Source: an uncultured bacterium
GTDB lineage: Bacteria; Verrucomicrobiota; Verrucomicrobiia; Verrucomicrobiales; DEV007
Length of the DNA stretch: 64,000 nucleotides
Assembly: GCA_963977015.1 (NCBI GenBank)
Contig: CAXBMO010000011.1
Coordinates: 96,001-160,000 of the forward strand
Direction: 5' to 3'
Made by a program: the position numbers and the translations under genes. Under the pieces are notes generated by a model. The model worked only from the letters and a program-made list of their open reading frames with translations, was not told where the DNA came from and made no database searches. Positions 23,401-30,360 of this stretch are shown one piece after another; the first letter of the stretch is position 1; the number at the start of each line of letters is the position of its first letter.

Positions 23401-25718
23401 ATGACAAAGCCGTTCGAGCTTGCAAAAGTCGCCAGATCGATCACGGGATCGAGGCCGGACAGACTTGGGTTGCCGGAATCATCGATTCCGCCATCTCCGG
23501 TATCATCAGGGCCCTGAGAGCCGTAGAAGGTATCTCCAGAACCGAAACTGATCCGGCCTGCTGTCGTATAAGCCGTTCCCGCATCAAAATCATAAACCTG
23601 GCTGTCGTCGATGCTTGAAGCATCGAAAATGGGAAGCGGTAGAAAGTCTTCCAGACGAAGGCTCTCAAACTCCGTGGTCGGCAGTTCATAGCTAATTCGG
23701 TAGCTCACCAAGTCTCCTGCACTGACATTGTAATCTACCGGGTTCAGTGTGGTGGTACCATGGGAGGTGATGGCGACGACTTCCTTGGAGACCGAACCTA
23801 CCGGAATGGAAACACTCGACGAGCTGCCGTCCGTAACGGTTTGATTGTGGCGGGTCAGGTCGTCGATATCCAGGTTTTCACCGCTGATGGTGACCGTGTT
23901 CGTCAGCTCATCTCCCTGGCTGATCTCTTGTTCACCAGGAACAACGGTGTGCGAGTTTCGAATCTGGACGCGGTAGGTAATGGTTCCTGTCGTGGCGCCT
24001 GCATTGAAAACGGAAGGGTCCACGGATCCCCCACTCAGGCCTCCTGATGGGACCAAGCCACCAAGGATGGGATCCCCACCAGAAATTAAGGTATGACTCG
24101 CCTGTAGCTGTGAGTAGACATCAAACTGAATACTGGTCGATCCATCGGCGTTTACGACCGAAGTGAAGTTTGCGGAGTCGAAGTCGACGGTGATGGTCTC
24201 TCCATGTTGGGTATAGGTTAGCTGAGGAATGATCTCGGATCCGTCAGTCACAAACCCGCCTCGCGCATCGCCGGGGAGGAAGTCTTGCCCATCTCCAAGT
24301 AGGTCGTCCACAACCAAGTCTTCAAATGCGAAATAGTCGGAGACCTGGAAATTTAGCGTGTATTCCAAGATGTCTTGAGGAGAGTTGCCAGCCGCATTGC
24401 GGTCGTCGATGTTTGCGACACCCTTCTGAATGGCCAGGGAATGTTCCTCGAGAACGTAATCCGTTTCCAGATTGCCGGTTACCCCATCCTGACTAGCTCC
24501 GGCGGGACCTTCGTTGTCTGAAACAGGATTGCCGTTCCAAAGCCCGGTAATTTGCGCGTCGTTGTAGGGAGAAATGTCCAGTTGCTCGCCTGTTTCCGGA
24601 TCGATGACGGCGGCACTACTTTCTCCGTCCGTGAAGGGAATGAAGGCTTCGTAGGTGATGGTAATGTCCGTGCCGCTGACCCCGGTGACGGATCCAAATG
24701 AAAGATCAAGCAGGTTGTCTGAAGCTGGGGTTCCCGTCAGGCCATCAGAGTTGATCAGCGGCTCATCATTCGTTGTAAACGCAAGCGGGTTTCCTCCCGA
24801 ATCGAGAACTTGAAGATTTCCGAGATAGGCCAGATCACCGGGAATCACATCAGTAAGGCTCAGGCCGTTCACCGTCTCCCCGGTTGCTACATCAATGCTG
24901 AGGGTATAGGTAACGGGATGGTTGGGGCCGGAAGCCAGTTCGCCAATGTAGGTGCCGTCTTCTTCCGGAACGGCAGCCGTTTTAGTGAGTTGCATCACCA
25001 TTGGCATGACGTCGGATGTGGCCGAAGCTCCAAAGATCGGAGCATCGTCCGGCGCGGCAACGGTTCCCGGATCGTTCAAGGCTGTATGACCCAGCGCGAA
25101 ACCACCCTGAGCCGTAATCCCATAAGACTGGTTTGGTACAATACCGTCAGCCGTATTGAGACTGGCATTAACCGTTAAGGAAAGAGCGGGATTATCCTGA
25201 GAATAGCTTCCAAACGGAAGTTCAACATTATAGACGTATTGACCAATCAGGCTGGGAGTGGTGACGACATCGTAGGTTACCGGAGTGGTTCCTGAGCCCG
25301 CTCCACCATAATATTCGTCGGGAGGAGTTCCAATGCTACTTTCGAACATTGGGTGATCGATGGGCACCGGAGAAGCTGACGAACCGATCTCGATGAGCTG
25401 GCCATCGTTGCCGATTTCACCGATCGGCTCGGTGGCGAGGCCGTCAGGATTGGTTTGCTCGGTCCCGGTCAGGTTGATGGAATTGATCTGGACTTCCGGT
25501 GGTGCGACAATGTCCACATAGGGAGCGAAACCGACCTGGTCTCCGGTATTGTCGAATTCAACGGTGAACTCGATATCATCATTGACCAACTGATCTTCAG
25601 CAACGGTTAGTGCTTCCGTGCTAACGGCAACCTCAGGAACGGCATCGAAGAGAATTCGAGGTTCCAAGGGTTCAAAATGGATATGGGTGGCCTTTTTGCC
25701 TTGTGAGTTTGTAGCCAT
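14433..25718 (-). CDS. Giant (3761 aa) extracellular protein: LEPR-XLL N-terminus plus about 20 DUF11/fimbrial isopeptide (CnaB-like) repeats
   Basis: N-terminal FEPLEPRILFDA; repeated (I/V)xK...GDxxTY...DxLP...L/VxNxA units; strongly Asp/Thr/Ser/Gly-rich; no hydrophobic signal peptide. Confidence 0.9.
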   Translation of the reverse strand: MATNSQGKKATHIHFEPLEPRILFDAVPEVAVSTEALTVAEDQLVNDDIEFTVEFDNTGDQVGFAPYVDIVAPPEVQINSINLTGTEQTNPDGLATEPIGEIGNDGQLIEIGSSASPVPIDHPMFESSIGTPPDEYYGGAGSGTTPVTYDVVTTPSLIGQYVYNVELPFGSYSQDNPALSLTVNASLNTADGIVPNQSYGITAQGGFALGHTALNDPGTVAAPDDAPIFGASATSDVMPMVMQLTKTAAVPEEDGTYIGELASGPNHPVTYTLSIDVATGETVNGLSLTDVIPGDLAYLGNLQVLDSGGNPLAFTTNDEPLINSDGLTGTPASDNLLDLSFGSVTGVSGTDITITYEAFIPFTDGESSAAVIDPETGEQLDISPYNDAQITGLWNGNPVSDNEGPAGASQDGVTGNLETDYVLEEHSLAIQKGVANIDDRNAAGNSPQDILEYTLNFQVSDYFAFEDLVVDDLLGDGQDFLPGDARGGFVTDGSEIIPQLTYTQHGETITVDFDSANFTSVVNADGSTSIQFDVYSQLQASHTLISGGDPILGGLVPSGGLSGGSVDPSVFNAGATTGTITYRVQIRNSHTVVPGEQEISQGDELTNTVTISGENLDIDDLTRHNQTVTDGSSSSVSIPVGSVSKEVVAITSHGTTTLNPVDYNVSAGDLVSYRISYELPTTEFESLRLEDFLPLPIFDASSIDDSQVYDFDAGTAYTTAGRISFGSGDTFYGSQGPDDTGDGGIDDSGNPSLSGLDPVIDLATFASSNGFVIEIGDYSLGANDAVSSTIEFIVTVEILDAEYADGLQFTNQVGASEANSFLSTASSSEMAQIILEEPELSITKGVVSTTHPTGVFDSTTGPAGTTFAAPGSASAFSGNAITSDALETQAINANLSAIDAGDLVTFVITVENTGNSSYGAFDVVINDTMPAGFIVPSSGAGLNLRVTDGNGTALTTSGDLFGAGLELTDPSAAQGSLTAYDGASGSNIAIIAYDLLVDSTATALETLTNTAEIVSYSHSEGGTDHADDGELVDTASVTTVAPILAKSVVSTSHNTAANSDSEAVIGEIITYEVTVTIPEGDLEQVEIVDLMDNGLAFVDFLGVTAVSGDLSSSLGALSSITAIVTDPGTTQNSGNTIELGFGSTPGLGTITNTNTDNATAETLTFQYRAVVLNHTGNSEGTRRNNDANLSWNVNGGTQTVDDQASNITIREADIDVSKVVSNANAMADETVTYEFTVTNNGSVEAYDIVLSDVLPEEINSATNLQYLSGVVPDSLTFTPGAPEGTISASWATLAVGESAVFSIDVTVDTGLDVNTTVTNTATATWTSLPGDPGVISTHNQYSIERSGDTSDPLFATQNDYSESNDAAFVVPNPQGDKAIIDTSEGHTSNDTSAAGQVNAVPGEIIRYEVTIDLPQGNMTNLSLVDTLEAGLQFLAPADNNVTVQLNGFDAGGGTYVAADLPANVHTSAQTLDPGQITVNGQIITFDFGQITNNETDSGSAESLTISYNVIVSNDDGTNVFRGNTLTNSAQVQVNGVDSGSPATIDANVVQPQVSISKSDNGASSADAGDVISYTLTITADSNINAATAYDLNITDTLPAELEIDGGSLTFSGLPGYVVTSSLGVVGQDITAFIDQLEAGDSFEITFDARVRDSGTDQIGAGQTVTNTANLTYSSLPGSGTADGSGDNATGSVAGASGDTDGERVYTDADSESFSSPDATISKVLATPADTTYTIGETVEYVLTITVPEGQTDNAVVVDALEAGMSYISGTLTVTAGAGITVTTAGPYDDTNNVFFTRTDPGTTSDEQLQLDFGTIEFNEGASGDGLATQTIEIRYSALVDNIASNQNNVVRSNIADLNWTDGSGAAQVSSDSTPDDDTDITIVEPDLSVTKSITNDVSGLDAGDTVTYQILVQHTGSSTADAFDLDLSDALPDGILENFTLVSATLDAADVSGSFNIDGSNDLVQTGNLDLAQGEVLTLTITGQVRDDANPSDAIANTANLTWSGIDGTDSGERDGSGGVNDYSDSDSANTSVQGVLDVTKSIPAGTTEVLVGDTITYQLEVSIAEGTLTNLSIVDTLPDGMTLDLGSVQISNINGMTVTDFAAAQVGQVLTITASSVLNPGNSDDSTTSDTDSFFITYDATASDDPVNVYNTAVLTNDADASADGVSDDNDNQVSVTVVEPVLEFEKTLTGADSGDAGDVFNYTFTINHDATSGADAMDVILTDTIPSGFQLVPGSINGTGATPDPDLTTISGTGTGLAGETITLRWETIPQSIDAANPYEVTMQFVMVDSITDLSSNIVNSATLNYDHDPDDGAGRSATPIVSAADPVDPDLAYAFTKSVISTSENGDLGGQGDPLLQDLVIGEEVTFELVATFGEGTTTDVVITDTLPFTASNGTANGVLELVSGTITSIGSGITSISSGLSVSDSGTVTGTSPDVIEFDFGDIVAEGNNADDSTITIRITARVANVVQNQTGDLLTNDGELSIYSGAQTFDDQASVEVFEPQIVAGVFIDSIPAEPDSGDTVSYEATITNPTQFSAYDSTYVSSLPTEIALQTGTFTAISNISGDVSASFTALTSGVTSNAPFTLAAGETITFTYDALLTGAVTDGSTYTNNVQVDWTSIDGANANERTGDDGQGGALDDYEANASVSFTTEVSDTFAFDKVFVSGDAAHTGITEGTSGTIPDLVIGEVVTYQLVATIGNGTTTNVSIVDQLDPTNGLLHIQSATVTGGSNLTSDQGIITGMSPSITDTDADTYDDRIVLNLGTITNTGTSGTVTDSQVIITVQALVVNDGENQDGDVIRNTGQLYYDSDIGAQMLSDFEDVEIVEPDVTVSKTLTSATTNVDSGDAITWNIVIEHTGASTADARDLVFSDLIPSGVTVDFSSGVTITESVAGNIKTSFELVGNELRTVSGGYDLALGRSISIAISGVLNNTVEPNQVIQNEATVQWTSLDGSSTEERNGDGTGANDYTDTATAATATVIEELSLDKRLPSGASTTYAVGETVTFELEVTIMEGTTPALVLQDRLPAGMRYVTGSATLDAGQSNALISIGAISETWVSGTGLLTLDLGDVVNSSTNNGSDDSFVITYQTIVENVATNQGGTTLTNDATVDAEDVNDAALPQDQDQVSISLVEPELDIQKTVDNLRPKLGETLTYTLTIENTGGLFPADAFDIDVLDSLPSELVLDPSSIQLTVLGAPANPTTITANNSTASALAVVLNRLDIGESVELTFEATVTSSTSDFDSVIVNNAELEWTSTAGTNSDERTGDPADPGGALNDYNDTDSETVEVFQPDLRISKDDGGATFSPSGDVTYTLSITNIGRADALGVEITDDISEFLQHGFTPIGSSPVGTLSGGIITIALPDIVIGDTVEVTISLAAPAVIPAGLESITNTANVTHLDIDPTPANNTDDEETPVIASPDLVVTKTDGRDTAEVGETLTYTLSYTNVGNQISSGVVLTDTLPTGVEFLAASDGGRYSGSNVTWNLGQLAPGQSGSVTVSVRVWNAGVILNTVTIKDDGSGGPDPSPANNRDTDTTLITPVPIIEEEEPESEDWPVLQFDTIQNFLFGEDNQRGYLGNDSFADSRLADGFSEKGFSSLGRHFGGGDHFHLRLPTSIAHHMNSGLVQPGSTVVLEVYNQQGQLIGSSQTVADSGGNWVITFQSATIDEAPHTIVMRQTAAVHNASDTTGYNFRTYFGPTYNSGTYYTSELTQQDIFTLRSAQQVLQVYNSSESIIQLCWNSYRYEFASQSGLTGLTSGC

Positions 25719-25744
25719 CTGAGGAGGGGGGAATCAGAAGTCAA

Positions 25745-25825
25745 CTATTGGGTAGTTGAGTCTTTTAATAAATATTATAAATATAATAAAACAATATGAA
25801 ATATTAAGATATTAGTGATCTAAAG
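25745..25825 (-). promoter_or_regulatory. Extremely AT-rich intergenic segment, probable promoter region of the giant-protein/TolC/SecA/MFP genes
   Basis: ttttaataaatattataaatataataaaacaatatgaaatattaagatatta lies directly upstream of ATG 25718 in otherwise GC-rich DNA. Confidence 0.55.
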
Positions 25826-25853
25826 GAACGGAGACTATATCGGGGCGCGATAC

Positions 25854-28064
25854 TTACTGGACTCTGGTCTCTGCTCTCCTCATCGAGCGGCCAATCGAAT
25901 TCCGAAGCAGTTCCCATAGAGTTTGTGGGATACCTGCATAAATTCTAACGTAGCCAATTTCACCGGTTTCGACTCGTTGGCTCGAGGTGGGGCTCAAATT
26001 GGCAACGGCCTCAAAATGAGGGGCTACCAGCTCGAATTGCCGCGCAAAGATATCGCCGGGATGTTCGGTCTTGATCGCATCCTCGTCGGAACTGGAGGCC
26101 AGAATTTTGCGGGCGACCAAAGGGCCGCCTGATGGGGTCACCAGTCCAAAGTGAGGTATCTGAGTGGAAGCATGAGGGTTCACTCGGGTGAGTTCTGCCG
26201 GAATTCGAGTAATACGCCCGCGAGCGAGAAAGGTTGCGGCTTTGCTCTTGCTATCTTGAAGGCGCATGGCGATTTCTTCCGGCAATGCCATGACGAGCTG
26301 TTTGGTCTCTGCCCGTCCAATGCTACACAGGAGCTGTCCTTTATCGAGATAGGTCCCTTTCAGATTGGCCAGGTCCCTGCCGCTGACGATACCATCACAG
26401 GGAGCCGTCAGGAACAAGGTGTCGACATACCTTTCCAGTTCAATCAGTTGTGTTCTCAGCGTGTTGAGCTGCTTTGATTCGGCTTGATATGCAGAAATAT
26501 TTTCAGACTGAAGATGGCGATCAGCAAGAATGGTGGATCGTTCAACGCTGAGACGAAGTTGCTCCAAACGAGCCTCTTCGTTTGAATTACGGAGTTTGGC
26601 CAACGGTTCACCTTCTTTGACATAGCTGCTGTTGGTGACAAGGAGCTCGTGAACAAAGCCGGGGCATTCCACGCGAACTTCACCATCATTCTTCCAAACG
26701 ACAACGGCGGGAACCTTCACGCTCGGAGTGATTTGGACAAGAGTGAATACCGCACCTATTCCACAGGCAATCAGGGCGATTCGAGCGTAAAATCCAGCCC
26801 TGGATACACCTTCGCTTCGTGCGCGTTTCTGAAGGTATTTTCGAACACTTTGGAGGAATGATAGGATTGTGGCGAGCCCAATCACAATGGCGATGAGAAG
26901 GCCTGTGCCATCCCATTGGCGGCTGAGGAGAGTGAGGATTCCAATGAGAACAATCCCTCTCCAGAAAAATGCAGCAAGGCCATAGATCGTGATCCACCAG
27001 CTACGGTCTTTTTCGGGAACTGGGTGATGATTGGGATCTGCCCCCAGGAGATAGCGTCTGAACCAGAAATTCGCGGAAGATTGGGCTTTCGCATAAAGAT
27101 TGGGAACTCCGGTCAAGTCGGCCAGAATATAGTAGCCATCAAAACGCATCAACGGATTGGCGTTGAACAGAATCGTCGTGACGCTGGAGATGACGATGGC
27201 TTCGTGCAATCCGCGACTCAGCATTCCGGGAGAAAGCTGAGACCAGACAATGGCTGCGATCCCGGCAAGGAAGAGTTCGCCATACATGCCGGCAGCACTG
27301 ACGAAAATGCGATTCCACTTGGAAGGAAACTTAACGGATGACGATGCGTTTACATAACCCAACGGGGTAATGAACATAAACATGACCACGCCCATTTCGG
27401 GCACACTCCCTCCAAATCGCTTGCAAACCAAGGCATGACAGCCTTCATGAAAAATTTTGATGACCACCCAGATGACGGTCAAGAGGAGGAGGTTCCCAAC
27501 TGCAAACATGCCCGCCGTTTCTTCCCGAAAGCGAGTCCAGTGATTGTTGACGGAAACGGCGCCCGCGATGAGAACCGCTATCCAGATGAGAAAGAACCGC
27601 TTGGATACCAACCAGCCGAAGAAGGGCGAGATCCAATCCAGGAAACGGTCAGGGTTGCCCAGGGGAATTCGCCAAAAGACGATGCTTCGACTTTGTTGCA
27701 CGAGTTTTTGGGCGTCCTGTTGGCGGTGATTCTCATCGCGTACCCGGTCGGCATGGACATTCCCGCCGCCCTCAAGTAATCCGGAGTCGGCCAGGGATCG
27801 CACGAGCGTCGTGGCAGCTTGCTCGGAGAGGGCATCGGCCTGTGCCTGAACGGAAAGTTTCCCCACCAATTCAGAGACCGTGGAACTTCCGTCCAACATC
27901 TGGAGGAAGTGATGTTCGATGTGCCCAATACTAAAATAGGTTCCAGCCAGGGGATCCTCCAAAACAAAGTTCCCGTCTTGTCGATAGATCTGGAGATCAT
28001 CGCGAAGCTTGGGCCGCAACGCGGATAGTTCGCGAGTGGATAGATTGGCTTCGGATCGCATCAT
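25854..28064 (-). CDS. PqqD/RRE-like domain + M50 (site-2) zinc peptidase + HlyD-type membrane fusion domain
   Basis: HEGCH (HExxH, 27435-27449) and NANPLMRFDGYY in a multi-TM region; N-terminal LEDP...LDGSSTVSEL...LADSGLL; C-terminal lipoyl/hairpin (VKEGEPLAKL; LTAPCDG). Confidence 0.88.
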   Translation of the reverse strand: MMRSEANLSTRELSALRPKLRDDLQIYRQDGNFVLEDPLAGTYFSIGHIEHHFLQMLDGSSTVSELVGKLSVQAQADALSEQAATTLVRSLADSGLLEGGGNVHADRVRDENHRQQDAQKLVQQSRSIVFWRIPLGNPDRFLDWISPFFGWLVSKRFFLIWIAVLIAGAVSVNNHWTRFREETAGMFAVGNLLLLTVIWVVIKIFHEGCHALVCKRFGGSVPEMGVVMFMFITPLGYVNASSSVKFPSKWNRIFVSAAGMYGELFLAGIAAIVWSQLSPGMLSRGLHEAIVISSVTTILFNANPLMRFDGYYILADLTGVPNLYAKAQSSANFWFRRYLLGADPNHHPVPEKDRSWWITIYGLAAFFWRGIVLIGILTLLSRQWDGTGLLIAIVIGLATILSFLQSVRKYLQKRARSEGVSRAGFYARIALIACGIGAVFTLVQITPSVKVPAVVVWKNDGEVRVECPGFVHELLVTNSSYVKEGEPLAKLRNSNEEARLEQLRLSVERSTILADRHLQSENISAYQAESKQLNTLRTQLIELERYVDTLFLTAPCDGIVSGRDLANLKGTYLDKGQLLCSIGRAETKQLVMALPEEIAMRLQDSKSKAATFLARGRITRIPAELTRVNPHASTQIPHFGLVTPSGGPLVARKILASSSDEDAIKTEHPGDIFARQFELVAPHFEAVANLSPTSSQRVETGEIGYVRIYAGIPQTLWELLRNSIGRSMRRAETRVQ

Positions 28065-28067
28065 CGC

Positions 28068-29918
28068 TTAGGGAAGTTGACGAAGTAGCCAGTTGGTTGG
28101 TGCACGGAGAATGGTCCAAACCGCGGGACGCCAGGGACCATGAATGGTGGCGCGCCCAATTCCTCCGGGGCGAAGGGATTCTTCCGGGTTGGCGATGGTT
28201 GCCTGGCAGACAAACACGTTTTCGCCGTTGCGAAACTCGGAATGGGGGGAAACAAGCGTCAAGTTGGCCTTCCACGTTTTCCCCGGATGAGAGTCAAATC
28301 TCATGGTTACCGATGCGTTGTCCCTGATGAGTGCAATGTCAGACTCCTCGACGGCGATCTCGGCCTGCATCGAATCCAGGGATCCGATTTCAAACAGGCG
28401 CTCGCCGAGTCGAATGATGGCTCCTTCATTTCTTTTGAGGTCGCCGCGTAACACGCGCCCCTCGATTGGAGATTTAATCTGAAGGTTTTCCTGGCGATAA
28501 GTAAGAACGTTGGCCGTTTCGGCTAAGCTGTCGGCTTCGAGTCGAGCCATTTGGGATTCAGCAATTTGGCCGGAACTCATGGCGGCATCCGCCTGTTTCT
28601 CAGCTCGAAGTCGACGGGCGTTGGCGTCGGCCAATTGCCACCGAATTTCACGATCATCCAGGTCCGCAAGCAGTTGTCCGGTTTGGACGACTTCTCCGGG
28701 TTCAACGTGTGCCTTCCGAAGAATGCCATCAAAAGGGGCGGAAACGATTCTTCGGACGGTGGGTTGTAATGTAACCGGGGCATCGACCGGGATCGGGATC
28801 GGAGCGGCCGCGAAGGCGCCCAGACAAATGAGCAAGCTCACGACAAAGCGTCTTTGGTTCGACTTTGCTCGTCCCCACATGCGATGGAGTCGACCGGTCA
28901 TCGCTCCTGGCTTGCCTTTGTGCAGAAGGTGAAGTTGCGGACCTATCAGGTGTTGAGCGGTTTTGAGAAACCGCATCAGTTCCGGAAGCCCTTCCGGCTT
29001 CTTCTTCCAAAGGAACAACCATGCGCCGACAACCCGGTCGTTGTAATAGAGGGGCGCGCACCAATAGTGTTGAGAGGTTGAGTTCCCAAGAAGGGATTGA
29101 ATCTCGGAAGACGCGAGAAAGACGGCGTTGTCAGTCGAATCCAGTTCCCGCTTTCCGTGCACGGTTTCGGTAAGGAGCGCCTGGATCGCGGTTCCCCCTG
29201 CACTCTTCAAAGGAGAATCGCTCTGCATTCCGGAAACGGCCTGTAGCTTGACGTTGCCCGTCTGCTGAGTCGTCGCCAATGCGACGCGGTCACACTTTGC
29301 CAGAACTTGAAGGATATCGACCAATTGAGTGGCTGCGGTGGGGAAATCACTGGCGCAGCCCGTTTTTTCCATGGCCTCGAAAAGTCCGCCAATACGTTGG
29401 GCGGCGAGATTCTCAACCTGGTGCCTCACTTCATCTTCGAGCGCATAGAAGAGCAAGGCGAACCACTGCAGGGTTGCCAATTCTCCTGTCCGCTCAATGC
29501 CGTCGTCATAAGGCATAACCAGACAAAGTCCGTAGTCGATTTTACCTTGTTGTAAGATCGGGACGGTGATGAACGCCAGCGGGGTGTCCTGGACCTCAAA
29601 GTAGTCCGTGCGAGCCTTGCGCTCTTGGCGGCTGAGCATTCCGGTGTGCCAAACACAGGAGATGAGATCCTCCTCCGTGGGACCTTCGGCGAGCGTTATG
29701 GTGGGGGTCGTTTCGTCGCGGAAATCAACCTGGTATGCCCCAATCGCGCGAAAGAGGTGCTTGATGAGGGAAAGCCCGGTTTGACCGCGGAGATGAAAAG
29801 GTAGCTTCGAGATCGACGATATCGCCTCATGCGCACTGGAGTGGCTCAATACCGAACGCTGCGCCAGTCTTTCGGTGGGGATACCCGTTGATCGAGGCTG
29901 CGAGGACGTCATGGTCAT
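28068..29918 (-). CDS. GAF-like domain(s) + HlyD-type membrane fusion protein
   Basis: GAF-like segments (CDRVALA; CAPLYYNDRVVGAW), one TM, then VSAPFDGIL...VEPGEVVQTGQLLA and IKSPIEG. Confidence 0.8.
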   Translation of the reverse strand: MTMTSSQPRSTGIPTERLAQRSVLSHSSAHEAISSISKLPFHLRGQTGLSLIKHLFRAIGAYQVDFRDETTPTITLAEGPTEEDLISCVWHTGMLSRQERKARTDYFEVQDTPLAFITVPILQQGKIDYGLCLVMPYDDGIERTGELATLQWFALLFYALEDEVRHQVENLAAQRIGGLFEAMEKTGCASDFPTAATQLVDILQVLAKCDRVALATTQQTGNVKLQAVSGMQSDSPLKSAGGTAIQALLTETVHGKRELDSTDNAVFLASSEIQSLLGNSTSQHYWCAPLYYNDRVVGAWLFLWKKKPEGLPELMRFLKTAQHLIGPQLHLLHKGKPGAMTGRLHRMWGRAKSNQRRFVVSLLICLGAFAAAPIPIPVDAPVTLQPTVRRIVSAPFDGILRKAHVEPGEVVQTGQLLADLDDREIRWQLADANARRLRAEKQADAAMSSGQIAESQMARLEADSLAETANVLTYRQENLQIKSPIEGRVLRGDLKRNEGAIIRLGERLFEIGSLDSMQAEIAVEESDIALIRDNASVTMRFDSHPGKTWKANLTLVSPHSEFRNGENVFVCQATIANPEESLRPGGIGRATIHGPWRPAVWTILRAPTNWLLRQLP

Positions 29919-30068
29919 GGCAAGGGAGGCGAAGGCTGAACAAAGTGAAGAGGGAGGTGCTTATCTTGCCTGGGATCCTGCGGTAATTTTCGGTCTTCCG
30001 TCCGGGAAGAGCACGACGATCAGTGGTGTCGGGGAAAGCAAAGGAGGCTGTTTCATGAGGGGGCTTAA

Positions 30069-30118
30069 TTCTAAGCCTTCAAGATATTAAACGCAAATTA
30101 TATTATAATTACCATAAT
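30069..30118 (-). promoter_or_regulatory. Putative promoter/operator motif, copy 1 (TTCTAAGC ... TTATAATTACCATAAT)
   Basis: AT-rich intergenic region upstream of the GAF-MFP gene. The 16-mer at 30103-30118 matches 36073-36088 at 15/16 positions, and TATAAT is present on the minus strand. Confidence 0.5.
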
Positions 30119-30360
30119 AATGTATGGAGGTGATGATCATAAGGTTTTCCTAACCACTGAATGAATACGCAGCTTCGCGAAAAGCTGGTTCAGCCGCATG
30201 TTCCGTAGCTTCCTGGGCACAGGGGAACGCCTGAAACGAGTGCCTCAGTTGCAATGGCAAGCGGTTGACATGCGCCGGTGGACGGCGAGCCGGGTGAGAG
30301 CACCTACTTCACTGCCGGAAAGGGGGAATGGTGGGAGCGGAAAAGTTCCGCCGATAGGTC

